In this document: piece after piece, positions 51,601 to 62,699 of the stretch | Position numbering within the stretch: the first letter of the stretch is position 1 | Layout of the letters: each line of letters starts with the position of its first letter | Source: Girardia tigrina | Lineage: Eukaryota | Length of the DNA: 62,699 bases | Assembly: GCA_001938485.1 (NCBI GenBank) | Contig: MQRK01254065.1 | Coordinates: 1 to 62,699, forward strand | Reading direction: 5' to 3' | Made by a program: the position numbers and the translations under genes | Notes under the pieces: generated by a model | Database searches by the model: none | What the model was told of the DNA's origin: nothing | The model's input: the letters and a program-made list of their open reading frames with translations, nothing else

Positions 51601-52902
51601 CTCCACCATCTACCATCTGACCCTTCTACTATCTCTGCAATTCGATTTTTTGGATATTTTACGCCGACTCTACAGACGAAATGCTCACCTTGGAGTCTCT
51701 GGCGTTTAAATCATCTTCATATTCATCTTTATATGATACGATATCCACGTTGTCTTCATTGTACACATCTTTGATGCATACTACATTAACATTCTTAATA
51801 TGATTACAGTTTCTGAACCCATGTCAACTTTTTCCACGGATTAAACAACGATTATTTAAAGGACAATCTTTCCTCAAAGCCCATGTTTTCCACAGCAATA
51901 ACAATCCCCTCTGGTTAAATGCTGCTCTTCTGGAGTTGGAAGTCTCTTTATTTTGCAATATAACTTCCTTGCTTCGTACCAAGCCGAATGTACCGGGCGA
52001 TTATATTGTTGTTTATATTCTGACATTCTACTGGATCATTTCTCATGACTTTTATTAAATCTTTCCGATGGTATTCTACGTTCCGTTCTTAATATTGGTT
52101 GTTTATCATTTGATTCATTCAATCGAGCTGTATTTCTTTTATGTTCAGGATTCTCATATCTTCTAACTTGATATTTGTCTTTCTTTTTCATTTCTGCATA
52201 CGATGTTTCGGCGGCTAAAACATCATTTCTTTCTTCATTTGATATGTTGTCCTCTTAAATCTTAGCTTTTGCTCTCATTTCGTCCACTGATATGTTAGGT
52301 TTGAAAACAAATCGATCCTTCAGAACTTGAGATTTTATCCATTTTTTCAAAAGTTCATTCAAATTTCCTTCATCGCTGTGTTTTCTAAAATTTTCAATTG
52401 TTTTCCGAACCCTTAATTCGAATGTTAAGAATCTTTCCTTCTCACCTTGACAAATTTGGTTTAGTTTGTCCAATTCTTCCAACAACGGTACTTTCTTTAT
52501 AAATGTTTTCTGGAACCAATTTTTGGATTCCACATCTGACATTGGTTTCTTACCCTCTTCTGTTGCATTCCCCCAAAGAATTTTCGCTTCGTCTATCAAC
52601 AAATAGTTACACATTTCCGAGAATGTTGACCCGAAAAATTCTGAGCATTGACATATATCTCTATACCATATTTGACCTTCTTCAGAATCCACTCCATTGT
52701 ACTCCTTCATTTTCTTCTCGAGTGTTTCCTTAAAGATTGATGGAAGTTCTAGTTTAGGAAGCCTCAAAACTTTTATTGGAACACAATCGTGGTCGCCAGT
52801 TAAATCTCCAGGTTTCACTTCAAGATTCATAATAACAACAAGTAGAATTTATTAATTATTTACAATCTTTTTAGAATACTTAAACAAATAATAATCACAA
52901 CT
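48621..52902 (-). mobile_element. Ty3/gypsy element E, full-length but decayed; 105-bp LTRs at 52798-52902 and 48621-48725
   Basis: LTRs differ at 4/105 positions; AGT...ACT termini; PBS TGGCGACCACGA; PPT AAAAGAGGGGAA; WDSGA protease, YLDD, RNase H, integrase. Confidence 0.93.
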
Positions 52903-53275
52903 TCATCATATTTTTTTCCTTTTGTTTTCATTTTTGATGGTTAATTTATTATACTATTTACAGATTTTACAAAATTTAGAACAGAATAAATAAAATCTTT
53001 TATTTATAAATTAAAACTACAATTTTATTATTTTTAAATTTATTATATTTTATATACTTAACATGATATTTGGTTGCCATTGAAATCCGATAGAAGCAGA
53101 ATTACAAAATATGTAAATAATTTTTTTAAATAGAAATATGTGTTGTTGGGTTCCTTATCAAAATTATAACTCATTAACACCAAATTTTTATTTCTATCAC
53201 AAATAACAATTATTCAAACAATTTTTCGTTGAGGAACTTTTCTCTTTTTTCTTTATGACCCGATTTTTATATAAA

Positions 53276-55038
53276 ACATATGGAATTATAAATACTGATA
53301 AGCTATTTTAAAATTGAAATTTTTTTATTCTCTTTATTTTGAAAATTTACATTCCACTATTTTATGCACTTTAATTTAATTTAAAACCAACATAATTTAT
53401 TGCAGTCAAATTTTTACTAAATTAACAAAATGATTTTTTTATTATTTTAGAATTAGTTTAATGTTATATTCTTTTATTTATGAAAACTTTTTTTAATTAA
53501 TAAAAGATTTTAACGCCTTATTTATTATTAATATTTCAGTTTAAAATTTTTTATTACCTAAAATTATTGTAAATACAAAATTATACAATTTTAAATACAA
53601 TTTAAATACAAAAAATAATTTACAGTATTTTACAGTAATTTACAATTTTTTATTATTAATACGATACGTTAATGATTAAAGTCTTAATTATTTTTTTACG
53701 AAACTGTTTGGAATTAAGTATTTGTCAAATCTTTCATTTGCAGAATTTCAAACTAACTTTAAAATTTAAAATTATCTGTTTTTTTATTTACACCTCTGGC
53801 AACAAAGTTCATCATTTTATTTTTTAGAATAACTTTTAAAATTAGTACAAACATAATTATCCTTGTCTTTATATATTTCTTTTAAATCAATTATTTAAAA
53901 ATTCATTATTTCCCAATTAATTACATTTTAAGTTTTTACTCTACAATTAAAATTCAATTATTTCTGAAAATAACTTTTTAAAATTAATTAAGATATATTT
54001 TTACATTATAATTGCTTAGAAAACTTTTGATTTTAAATATTTCCTTATTTTAGAAAATTCTTTATAAAAAATAATTGTTTCAAANNNNNNNNNNNNNNNN
54101 NNNNNNNNNNNNNNNNNNNNNNNNNNNNNNNNNNTATTAAAATTTATTTTTTACTAACTATACTTTCAAAATAGATATTATTTAAACAAATAATTATCTA
54201 TATTTTTTCATGTTAAATATTTCATTTAAGAAATAAATTTAACATGTAACACATATGGAATTATAAATACTGATAAGCTATTTTAAAATTGAAATTTTTT
54301 TATTCTCTTTATTTTGAAAATTTACATTCCACTATTTTATGCACTATAATTTAATTTAAAACCAACATAATTTATTGCAGTCAAATTTTTACTAAATTAA
54401 CAAAATGATTTTTTTATTATTTTAGAATTAGTCTAATGTTATATTCTTTTATTTATGAAAACGTTTTTTAATTAATAAAAGATTTTAACGCCTTATTTAT
54501 TATCAATATTTCAGTTTAAAATTTTTTATTACCTAAAATTATTGTAAATACAAAAATATACAATTTTAAATACAATTTAAATACAAAAAATAATTTACAA
54601 TTTTTTATTATTAATACGATACGTTAATGATTAAAGTCTTAATTAATTTTTTACGAAACTGTTTGGAATTAAGTATTTGTCAAATCTTTCATTTGCAGAA
54701 TTTCAAACTGACTTTAAAATTTAAAATTATCTGTTTTTTATTTACACCTCTGGCAACAAAGTTCATCATTTTATTTTTTAGAATAACTTTTAAAATTAGT
54801 ACAAACATAATTATCCTTGTCTTCATATATTTCTTTTAAATCAATTATTTAAAAATCCATTATTTCCTAATTAATTACATTTTAAGTTTTTACTCTACAA
54901 TTAAAATTCAATTATTTCCGAAAATAACTTTTTAAAATTAATTAAGATATATTTTTACATTATAATTGCTTAGAAAACTTTTGATTTTAAATATTTCCTT
55001 ATTTTAGAAAATTCTTTATAAAAAATAATTGTTTCAAA
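53276..55038. repeat. two near-identical ~790-810 bp AT-rich copies (53276-54084, 54251-55038) either side of a 50-N gap; related sequence at ~42900-44100 and 46825-47040
   Basis: Copies differ by a few SNPs and one ~20-bp indel; the family ends in GAGTGA(A/G)CCTG. Confidence 0.8.
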
Positions 55039-55699
55039 AATTTTTAGAGTGAGCCTGTCATTCACATGTGTCACAAAAAAATAAAAATAGTTAAATCTAA
55101 AACTTAAGCATTTTATAATATTATAACAGGAATTCGTATGAAAACTTTCAACTAAAGGAATTTTCACTGAAGTATAATGTTCAAAAAATATAACCTATCA
55201 AAATTTACAGTTAGACAGTAATATCTTACGAAAGAAATTTGCTAAAACAGTTAAAAATTTGTAAAAAATATTTCATTGTTAATGTCGTAAATTAGCTTAA
55301 ATTAAGATAATACAAATTATTGAAATATCTACAAATGTAAAACTTACAAAATTTTTCAATTAATGCAACATTTTGAGGATTTGACAATTTCAACTTCATT
55401 GATAAAAATCATTATTCTCGTATTTTGCTTAAGAGTTGATAGGATAAATATTTATTATACTAACGTATATTAACGGCTTGGATGGATAAACATTTAATTC
55501 ATGTCTTTAAACTCTTGACTGTTATATTTTTGCCTGGTTGACTTTAGTGGCTTGGTTCGGTCAGTCGGTTCAGATGTTGTTTTATATCCGAGGTGCATAG
55601 GGGTTGCAAAGTTATCGGAAAATATAATTACCGTTAATTTGTTAATTTTTTTAGTTTTACTACTTTTGAGAAAATTAAATTTAAAGATCTTAAAACTAA

Positions 55700-56070
55700 G
55701 AAAATTTTCACTTTATTGGATTAAAATTTTTCTTTAGCGATTTGGAGATTCCATTATATTCTTTTGCTTTTATTAGTTTTCTGAGATCATATGATGTACA
55801 AAATTTACTTAAAGGAACACCATCTCTAGCAGTCTTACGAGCAATAATAGCAGGAAGAGAATCCTCAACAGTTTTAGAAAAGTATGTTATTAATGTAGGC
55901 CAATTAATTGTTTTCAGGTGTTGTTGGTGGAACACCTTTTCAGATTCTTCTGTTTTTTAATGAATTTATGTTGTGCAAGGCTTTGAGAGGATGATTCATA
56001 CCGCGAGTGCTTCCACCCTTATTCTTGATTGGTTTTCCACAACTTTCGATATTATATATTTCTGTATCAC
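55700..56070 (-). mobile_element. hAT transposase N-terminal remnant (BED finger)
   Basis: CGKPIKNKGGSTRGMNHPLKALH then SLPAIIARKTARDGVPLSKF. Confidence 0.6.
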
Positions 56071-57595
56071 TTTCAAATAGATTTAAAATATTTTGATTAA
56101 AATATTATTATATAGTTATTGATTAAAAAAGTTAATTAAATTTTAAAATTGTCTGAATAATCCGATGGTTTTTAAACATTTAAAATATCATTCTTCCATC
56201 TGGGTGTAAGAAATGCAATACTAAAAACAACATTACAAACACAATATAAAATAAACAGCCTTTAAAAAATTCCTCACAATATAAATTGAGAAATCAATGT
56301 TCTAACACCTCATATCACATTATATTATTAAATGTAACCTAATTGAAATTCTATAAAGGTACGTAAATAATTTTATAATGAGTATTTATTCATTTTAATT
56401 AAACAAATTTTATTTAGAGCAAAATATTACTATTGATAAGAAAATAATAAAAATTGTCTTAATATTTGCACAATTATAAATTCCAACGAAATTGAAGATC
56501 AACAGTCATACACGTGTTCAATTATTGAACAATGATCTTTTTTAAAAAAATACACATTGTGACAAATATGATCCATTTTTAAATTAAATATCACACTTGA
56601 TAAAATCTATTGTACTTCAAATTGGATCAACCACATGTCTGATTCATAAATCTGAAACTTTGTGAAGAGATAATTATTTAATGTTTTCGTCTAACTTCAA
56701 TTGTCATCTCAAAGTAAAATCCAACTTGTTGGTTGCGTTTATATTGTTTTCATTACACGTCAATTTAAATAAATTTTCATCTCCTTTTCTTAAAAACTTT
56801 TGTAATTTGTATATTTGTTTCTCTTTTTTTTTATAAAAATCGTCAAATTCATTTATTTAGTTAATCCTTTTTCTTCTAAAATTTTATAAAATTATGATAA
56901 TTGATTTTAATTAAATTATTTTGTTTTAAATAATTTATTATTTTAAATTAAATTTTGTATAATGTGTTTAAAAATAAATAATTCAAAAAATTAAAATTTT
57001 AATTCTGTACTCAATAAATGAAATGTAGTATTTTTTCTTAAAATATATTTTATAATTTATATATACATGTTTTTAAAAACTTAAAATTAACATGTTTCCA
57101 TTTTTCGTTGTTTTAAAATCTTATTTTTTAATTTTGATACTTTTAAAAATATTGAATTAATTATTATGTTTAAATTTTTGTAATTTTAAATTGTCATTTT
57201 TCTTGTAAATTTTATGTATGGTTTTGAGATTTTTAGTAAGTTTGTTTGTTTAATTTTAGAAATTATATTAAATTTAAATTTTATAAATAAATTATTTGTC
57301 GAGATGAATTTTTAACTAACTCCATTGAAAATATTAAGAACAATTATATTTTCCATCAAACTCTTTGGTATAATTTGAATTAACGTAAAACATTTAAAGA
57401 CGTTAAAAATATTTTAAAGATATATTTCTAACCGCAAGATTCTATATAAAATCTAGAAATTCTAGATTTTACTGTACAATGTTTATATTCTGACGATAAA
57501 ATCAATTATTTTTGAACAATTTGGAAAGAACGAAGAAACTAAAAACGAAATGTATTTTTGTGGTGTGTGATAGTTTTGCATTGGCCAAATGTGTT

Positions 57596-57870
57596 TACAA
57601 AATTTTATTATCATAAAACAATTAGAAAATTAGGGTCACAGAGGACCACAGAGAAAGGGCCGTTTTAGACTACAGCGTTTTTTAAACGTCCAGTGATTGA
57701 ATTCGTTCCAGGATTGAGTTGGTAGGTGTATCCTTGGAACAGGGATTGTAACAGAGAGTGTTGTGCTTCGCCCAAGTTGATGCGCAGTGTTTGATGTTGG
57801 AAATTACACATCTTCTCCTGAGACTATTGATTGCGGTTTCGGATAACTTCAAATCCACTAGTACCTCGTT
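57596..57870 (-). mobile_element. 3' end of an R2/NeSL-like non-LTR retrotransposon
   Basis: LVDLKLSETAINSLRRRCVISNIKHCASTWAKH resembles RLE-clade C-termini; AATAAA just before the junction; ends at an N-gap. Confidence 0.45.
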
Positions 57871-59026
57871 NNNNNNNNNNNNNNNNNNNNNNNNNNNNNN
57901 NNNNNNNNNNNNNNNNNNNNATATATTTCTAACCGCAAGATTCTATATAAAATCTAGAAATTCTAGATTTTACTGTACAATGTTTATATTCTGACGATAA
58001 AATCAATTATTTTTGAACAATTTGGAAAGAACGAAGAAATTAAAAACGAAATGTATTTTTGTGGTGTGTGATAGTTTTGCATTGGCCAAATGTGTTATTA
58101 TACTGAGTGTCACGAGTCTCAATCCTGGTACAGTTGAGAGAACACAGCGTTCTCTCAGATTTCCATTTGGTCAGACATTTCAGTCAAATTGCACCGATGA
58201 GAATTCAAATTGTTTTGGGTTTCATGGGAAGGCTAAAATTGAGTTCGTTGCATTGAGTGTGAGAAGTTTCATCTCAAAGATTAGCTTTTGGTGTGTTGTA
58301 AGTTGTCATCTTTATCATATACCTCCGTTACCTTGTAAAGTAAGAACGATAGAGAAAACATATCGTTTTCTCAAATGCCAATTGATATTGATTGATATAT
58401 ATATAGTGTTTTTATCGACTGAATCAATTTTGTTGATGCTAGTAAATAATAAATAAATCTGTGATAAATCAGAATCAATTTTTTTCATGTTATACAGCGA
58501 TAGTTTTCAAATGTCACCATTGTTTTCTGGATTGAATTATTCTTGAAAATTGAGTGTTGAGATACCCACCAGAACTTTTTGTTATAAATACAAGTATATT
58601 TTTTAATATATACGTATATTTATAAATATTAATATTATTAACTTTTTTTGGTCACTAAAATATATAAGATATGATAAAACGGTTAAATTAAATCCCGCAA
58701 AAGTTTCAAATATCGTTAGTGAATTTAAAAACGACAATAAATAACATTTTTCTGGATCTCATCTACTGTCATTATAATCAGGATGATAAAAATTGCCTTG
58801 AGGCAATTCAATCGATTTGTAATTATTTAATCTAACTCTTTGTGTTTTCTGATCGAAAAGTTGCATTAATTACAATAGAAATTGTGCCTTTTTTTCTTTC
58901 CATACCTTTCCATTTGCTCGACAACTGGACATTCTTCCTTACGTGAGGCACAGTTTCCGCAACAATTATAAGTATTAAAATTATTTTTCAAATCAATCAT
59001 TTATATTTAAATTTGTTTGTAAATCC

Positions 59027-59700
59027 ATGACAGCAAAACATTTTGAGATTGCCACATTGATTCGTCACAATGAAATTTCGGAGCACATGGGATGCTTTTT
59101 GCGAACAGCAGATCGAGTCTTCAAACTATTTACTGCAAACAAGAGTCTGATCAAAAAGATACCTATCCCAGTTAAGAAGGAACATCAAGTCACATAGAGA
59201 GTGATCAATCACAGTTCAGGCTTCGAAGTTTGGTGTTCATTAATTACAGATCAGTCGTGCAGTCAAGAAACTTGATGACAGTAATATAGTGAATTTTAAG
59301 AGATCTTTACTAATCAATACAGTGAAATAAAATCGCTTTCAACGGTATCAGGTCCTTTCAAACGACATGAAGGTCCGTCAAGCGGGAATTGTTATTGTCT
59401 TTGAAGACAAAAAAACTTTCACAGTGACACCATCATGTAACGGTGCCATTCTTTTAAGGGGTGATTACATCAGTAACGCACAAGCGATTATTAGAACAAA
59501 GCATTCTGACAGCATAATGTTACTGGGTGTGGTTGTAACGAATGGAATAGTCAGCCTGCCAGTGTTCTTCCCTGCGGGTTACATACTGAATACCACCAAT
59601 ACCTGAAAGTTACCAAAAAGCTGTGAGCGAAACTGTACTGCAGTGACTGAATTTTGTTTTTATCAAGATGCATTTTATTAATTATTTTTTTATTATTTAT
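59027..59700 (+). mobile_element. Tc1-like (DD37D/maT-type) transposase remnant
   Basis: IVFEDKKTFTV...RTKHSDSIMLLGVVVTNGIVSLPVFF resembles FSDEKxFTV...TKHPASVMxxGVVxxDG. Confidence 0.6.
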
Positions 59701-59884
59701 TTTTGATAATTTGAGGTTAAAGAAAATGTTTTACCTTAGATAATGTTTGAATATTAAAAATTTTAAATTACATTTAATTTATTATATTACTTAGAAAAAT
59801 ACATCTATTCATAAAAATATCACATAATCAATCGTTGATAGAATAGAATAGAATAAAGTACAATAAAAACATTTCATCGAGTTT

Positions 59885-60192
59885 TTAAAAAATATTTTCG
59901 TCTACAAAGCACTTTCGTTTCTTCAAATCGTCTATCAAAGCTTTCCACAAATAGTTAACAGACAATAGATGGCTGTTTCCTAAAATATATTTAAAAATAA
60001 ATTTAAAAAATGATAATTAACCGATTATGAAGAGACCCTTTTTGGCTCTGGTTAAAGCTACATTAACCTGGTTTTCATCCGTTATGAATCCAAGATATTT
60101 ACCAATCCACGCCGGGGAAGGATTCGTATCAATATCTTCCAAGTGTGGAAGAGATCGTACTGTTGAGAAGATAACATAATCACTTTCAGAGC
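59885..60192 (-). CDS. last two exons (60022-60192, 59885-59979) of a tandem HELZ2-like paralog; upstream exons not found in the window
   Basis: Same exon lengths (171 and 95 nt) and phases as exons 16-17; 48/58 aa identical in the larger exon; many synonymous changes; 42-nt intron. Confidence 0.88.
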
Positions 60193-60481
60193 CTAGAAAT
60201 ATATACATTCAGGCAAGGTTTCAACATACTAGTTATCATATAAATAATACAAAAAGTAAATATGTTAAGTAATATATTAAGTAATTTTGCATTTGGATTT
60301 TAATTTTTCGTTTAAGATTTTAGAGATATTAATTTTTCCTAAAATCAGTATCTCCATTTCTACGTTTCGTTAAATGTGTTTTGAATGTTAATATTTGCAT
60401 TTTAATTACACAATTAAGTGAAACATCGTAAAACCAAATTGATTTGAATTAAAGATAGATACATCAGTTCCATATTTTTCG

Positions 60482-60882
60482 CAGTTGCGTCGCTAGGGTT
60501 GAGTGACCCAGTGCAGTTAAGTCACGGTATCACCCCTCCAGATTTATTCTGAGTGTGGAGGTAGTGGAGTCCAATTCGCCCATCATGCAATGTAAATGTA
60601 TTTTTGTAGCGTAAAACTACTGCAGCTATGTACCGACACCGTTTGAATGATTTCACAACAAGTCCACAAACGTGTGCGTTACTTTATCATAGCATAACAT
60701 TACTTATAAGTTATAAGTCAAATCAACATGAAATGACGCAATAATATTTCTAAACAGGAAACTGAAATCATAGACTCCGAATAACATGTGTTTTTAGTTA
60801 ATCTTAACGTCGGGTTATTTCCGCGATGTATTTTTCATTTGGTGACATCCTCTGAGATGTCACCCGCCTAGCAACGCTACTG
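60482..60882. mobile_element. hAT-type MITE
   Basis: TIRs CAGTTGCGTCGCTAGG / CCTAGCAACGCTACTG; 8-bp flanks ATTTTTCG / TTTATTCG. Confidence 0.6.
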
Positions 60883-61375
60883 TTTATTCGTTGAGATATT
60901 TTTGTATACCTTATCTACTTAAATGAGACTACAACAAACGTATAAATTGGATGAAAATTATTTATTTCAAATAAAAAGTATGAACCTTAAACTGCAGATA
61001 AATACATTATATTATTAAAATAAAGTCAACCAAATTAATTAAAACATATTTTAAAAAGTAATTTTAAATCGTTACAATTTTCTCTTAACATGTTTACTTT
61101 AAGTTATTAACATTGGTCTTAAAGCAAAAGACAATAGCCTCAAGACATGTAGCTCAGCCAGTAATTTATTTATAATTAATAAAGAAATAATAATTATTTG
61201 AATTATGAAAGTTCAAATTATAAATCATTTTTCCAAATGATATTTATAATAATAATACATAATTCAATTGATTGGGATTGCAATAATTTCTAACTGGATT
61301 CACAATAAACAAACAAAATAACAGAGAATAAATATTTAATTAAGAATTTAGTCACAGCCTGGTTCAACATTGATT

Positions 61376-61409
<34 letters not shown>

Positions 61410-62699
61410 GTACATATCTCCAAACCCTTCACTTTGCAAAACTTAAATTACCCATCTTCAATTGCTTGTGAAATTTTATGTGACAATTTACAAACCCAGT
61501 TTTTATTAATTATTTTTTTGAAGATACAGTTCTCGTATTTTTACATTATACTTAATGTAAATGTCAAAAGAAACACGGAACAATTATAATAATTAATTTG
61601 ATCAAAGAATATATTCAAAGTTTTCAAAGACATTATCAATTAAAAAAATGATACTCCACATTGGACTGCAAACTTCTTGATATATAAAGTGTAGATGATC
61701 AAACTTTCTGTATTGACAATGATTTTCAATAACTTAGTAAATGCGTTAAATTTACTAAAAAACTCACATCAGAACTAATCAACCATATTTGTTATTTAGC
61801 ATGATTCGACCATGAAACCAATTGTAAACCAGGCAAAACTAAACGTACCTTACAATTTTTTGAACAAAAATATTTTATATTCAATCAAAATATTTTTAAT
61901 TTCAAGACTTAAAGGATTTTCAAGTAAAAGAAGCTGATAATACAAGAGAGTTTTACCCTGAGTATTGCTATCACAAAGGACGGGGTTACAGTTCCAAACT
62001 AAAGTCGTTCTTTGGAACCTGGGAGCCAAGAACCGCATAAGAAAGATCGTCACTTACGACCAGATGTTTGGCACGATAATAGCGAAGGACTTTTTATTTT
62101 GTTGAGGGGTTGGTAATTTAAACTCAAGACTAACCAATAAAGGTTGACCAATTCTAACAACAATTCCAATTTGAACGGCATCCACATGTTCAGATGCAAA
62201 TCCATTTATGTTGGTTGGAATGTTTAATAAATTGCTAAAACAGCTTAATAAGAGTAACCGAATAAGAAGACCAGTTTTTACAGAATCTTTGTAAAAAATC
62301 CAGATGTTGATATGTATTTAAAATAATGTAAAGATCTATCACAAAATTATTGACATTTGGTACGATATCAATCAATTAGGAATTCTAAATATCCCGTACT
62401 ACCAATGAAACTTGGACAAACATGTAGAAAAACATACATGAGTTACTACAGTTAGGTTCGTGGTTGATTGCCGATGAAAACTCAAATGAAGGCATTTTTT
62501 AAAACTTTTATTTAATACCGACAATACGACATAATATTTAAACAACTTTTTGTTTAACGAAATATCTGAGGAACACTTTTTCATTTTTCTTGCACAAACC
62601 AATAATATCAAAATAAATTGTGAATATAAATATATAGTTTAATTAAATGTAAATTGTATTATTTTTGTAATATTGTATTTAGTATTTTTTTAAACTATA

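Noticed and set aside
53276-55038. True ~800-bp tandem duplication or LTR pair
   Set aside because: The copies flank a 50-N gap, differ at allelic level, and lack PBS/PPT; most likely uncollapsed haplotypes.
61600-62620. Further exon of the paralog or a separate gene
   Set aside because: No STVxxSQG-type exon was found and all frames contain stops; probably decayed TE, not assignable.

Overview
AT-rich eukaryotic, probably invertebrate, genomic DNA with spliceosomal GT-AG introns, (TA)n microsatellites and seven N-gaps. The short ~45-50 nt introns and the transposon mix would fit a flatworm such as a planarian, but the taxon cannot be established from sequence alone. The window is dominated by one minus-strand gene (2787-47534). 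I assembled it by hand into 17 phase-consistent exons (5640 nt, 1879 aa). It encodes a HELZ2-like protein: short N-terminal region, cold-shock/OB domains, an RNase II/RNB domain that has lost its catalytic aspartates, and one intact UPF1-like SF1 helicase. The last two exons of a diverged tandem paralog lie at 59885-60192. Introns and intergenic DNA are filled with decayed transposons: five Ty3/gypsy elements plus one pol fragment, and hAT, Tc1/mariner, piggyBac, PIF/Harbinger, Zator, Chapaev3 and R2/NeSL-like remnants. A possible Polinton/Maverick terminus carries a 21-bp-periodic array of RFX X-box-like motifs. The gypsy elements are unusually compact. In three of them the gag ATG is built from the last LTR base plus the TG of the primer-binding site. 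In two (probably three) the pol stop codon lies inside the 3' LTR. LTR termini are often non-canonical.
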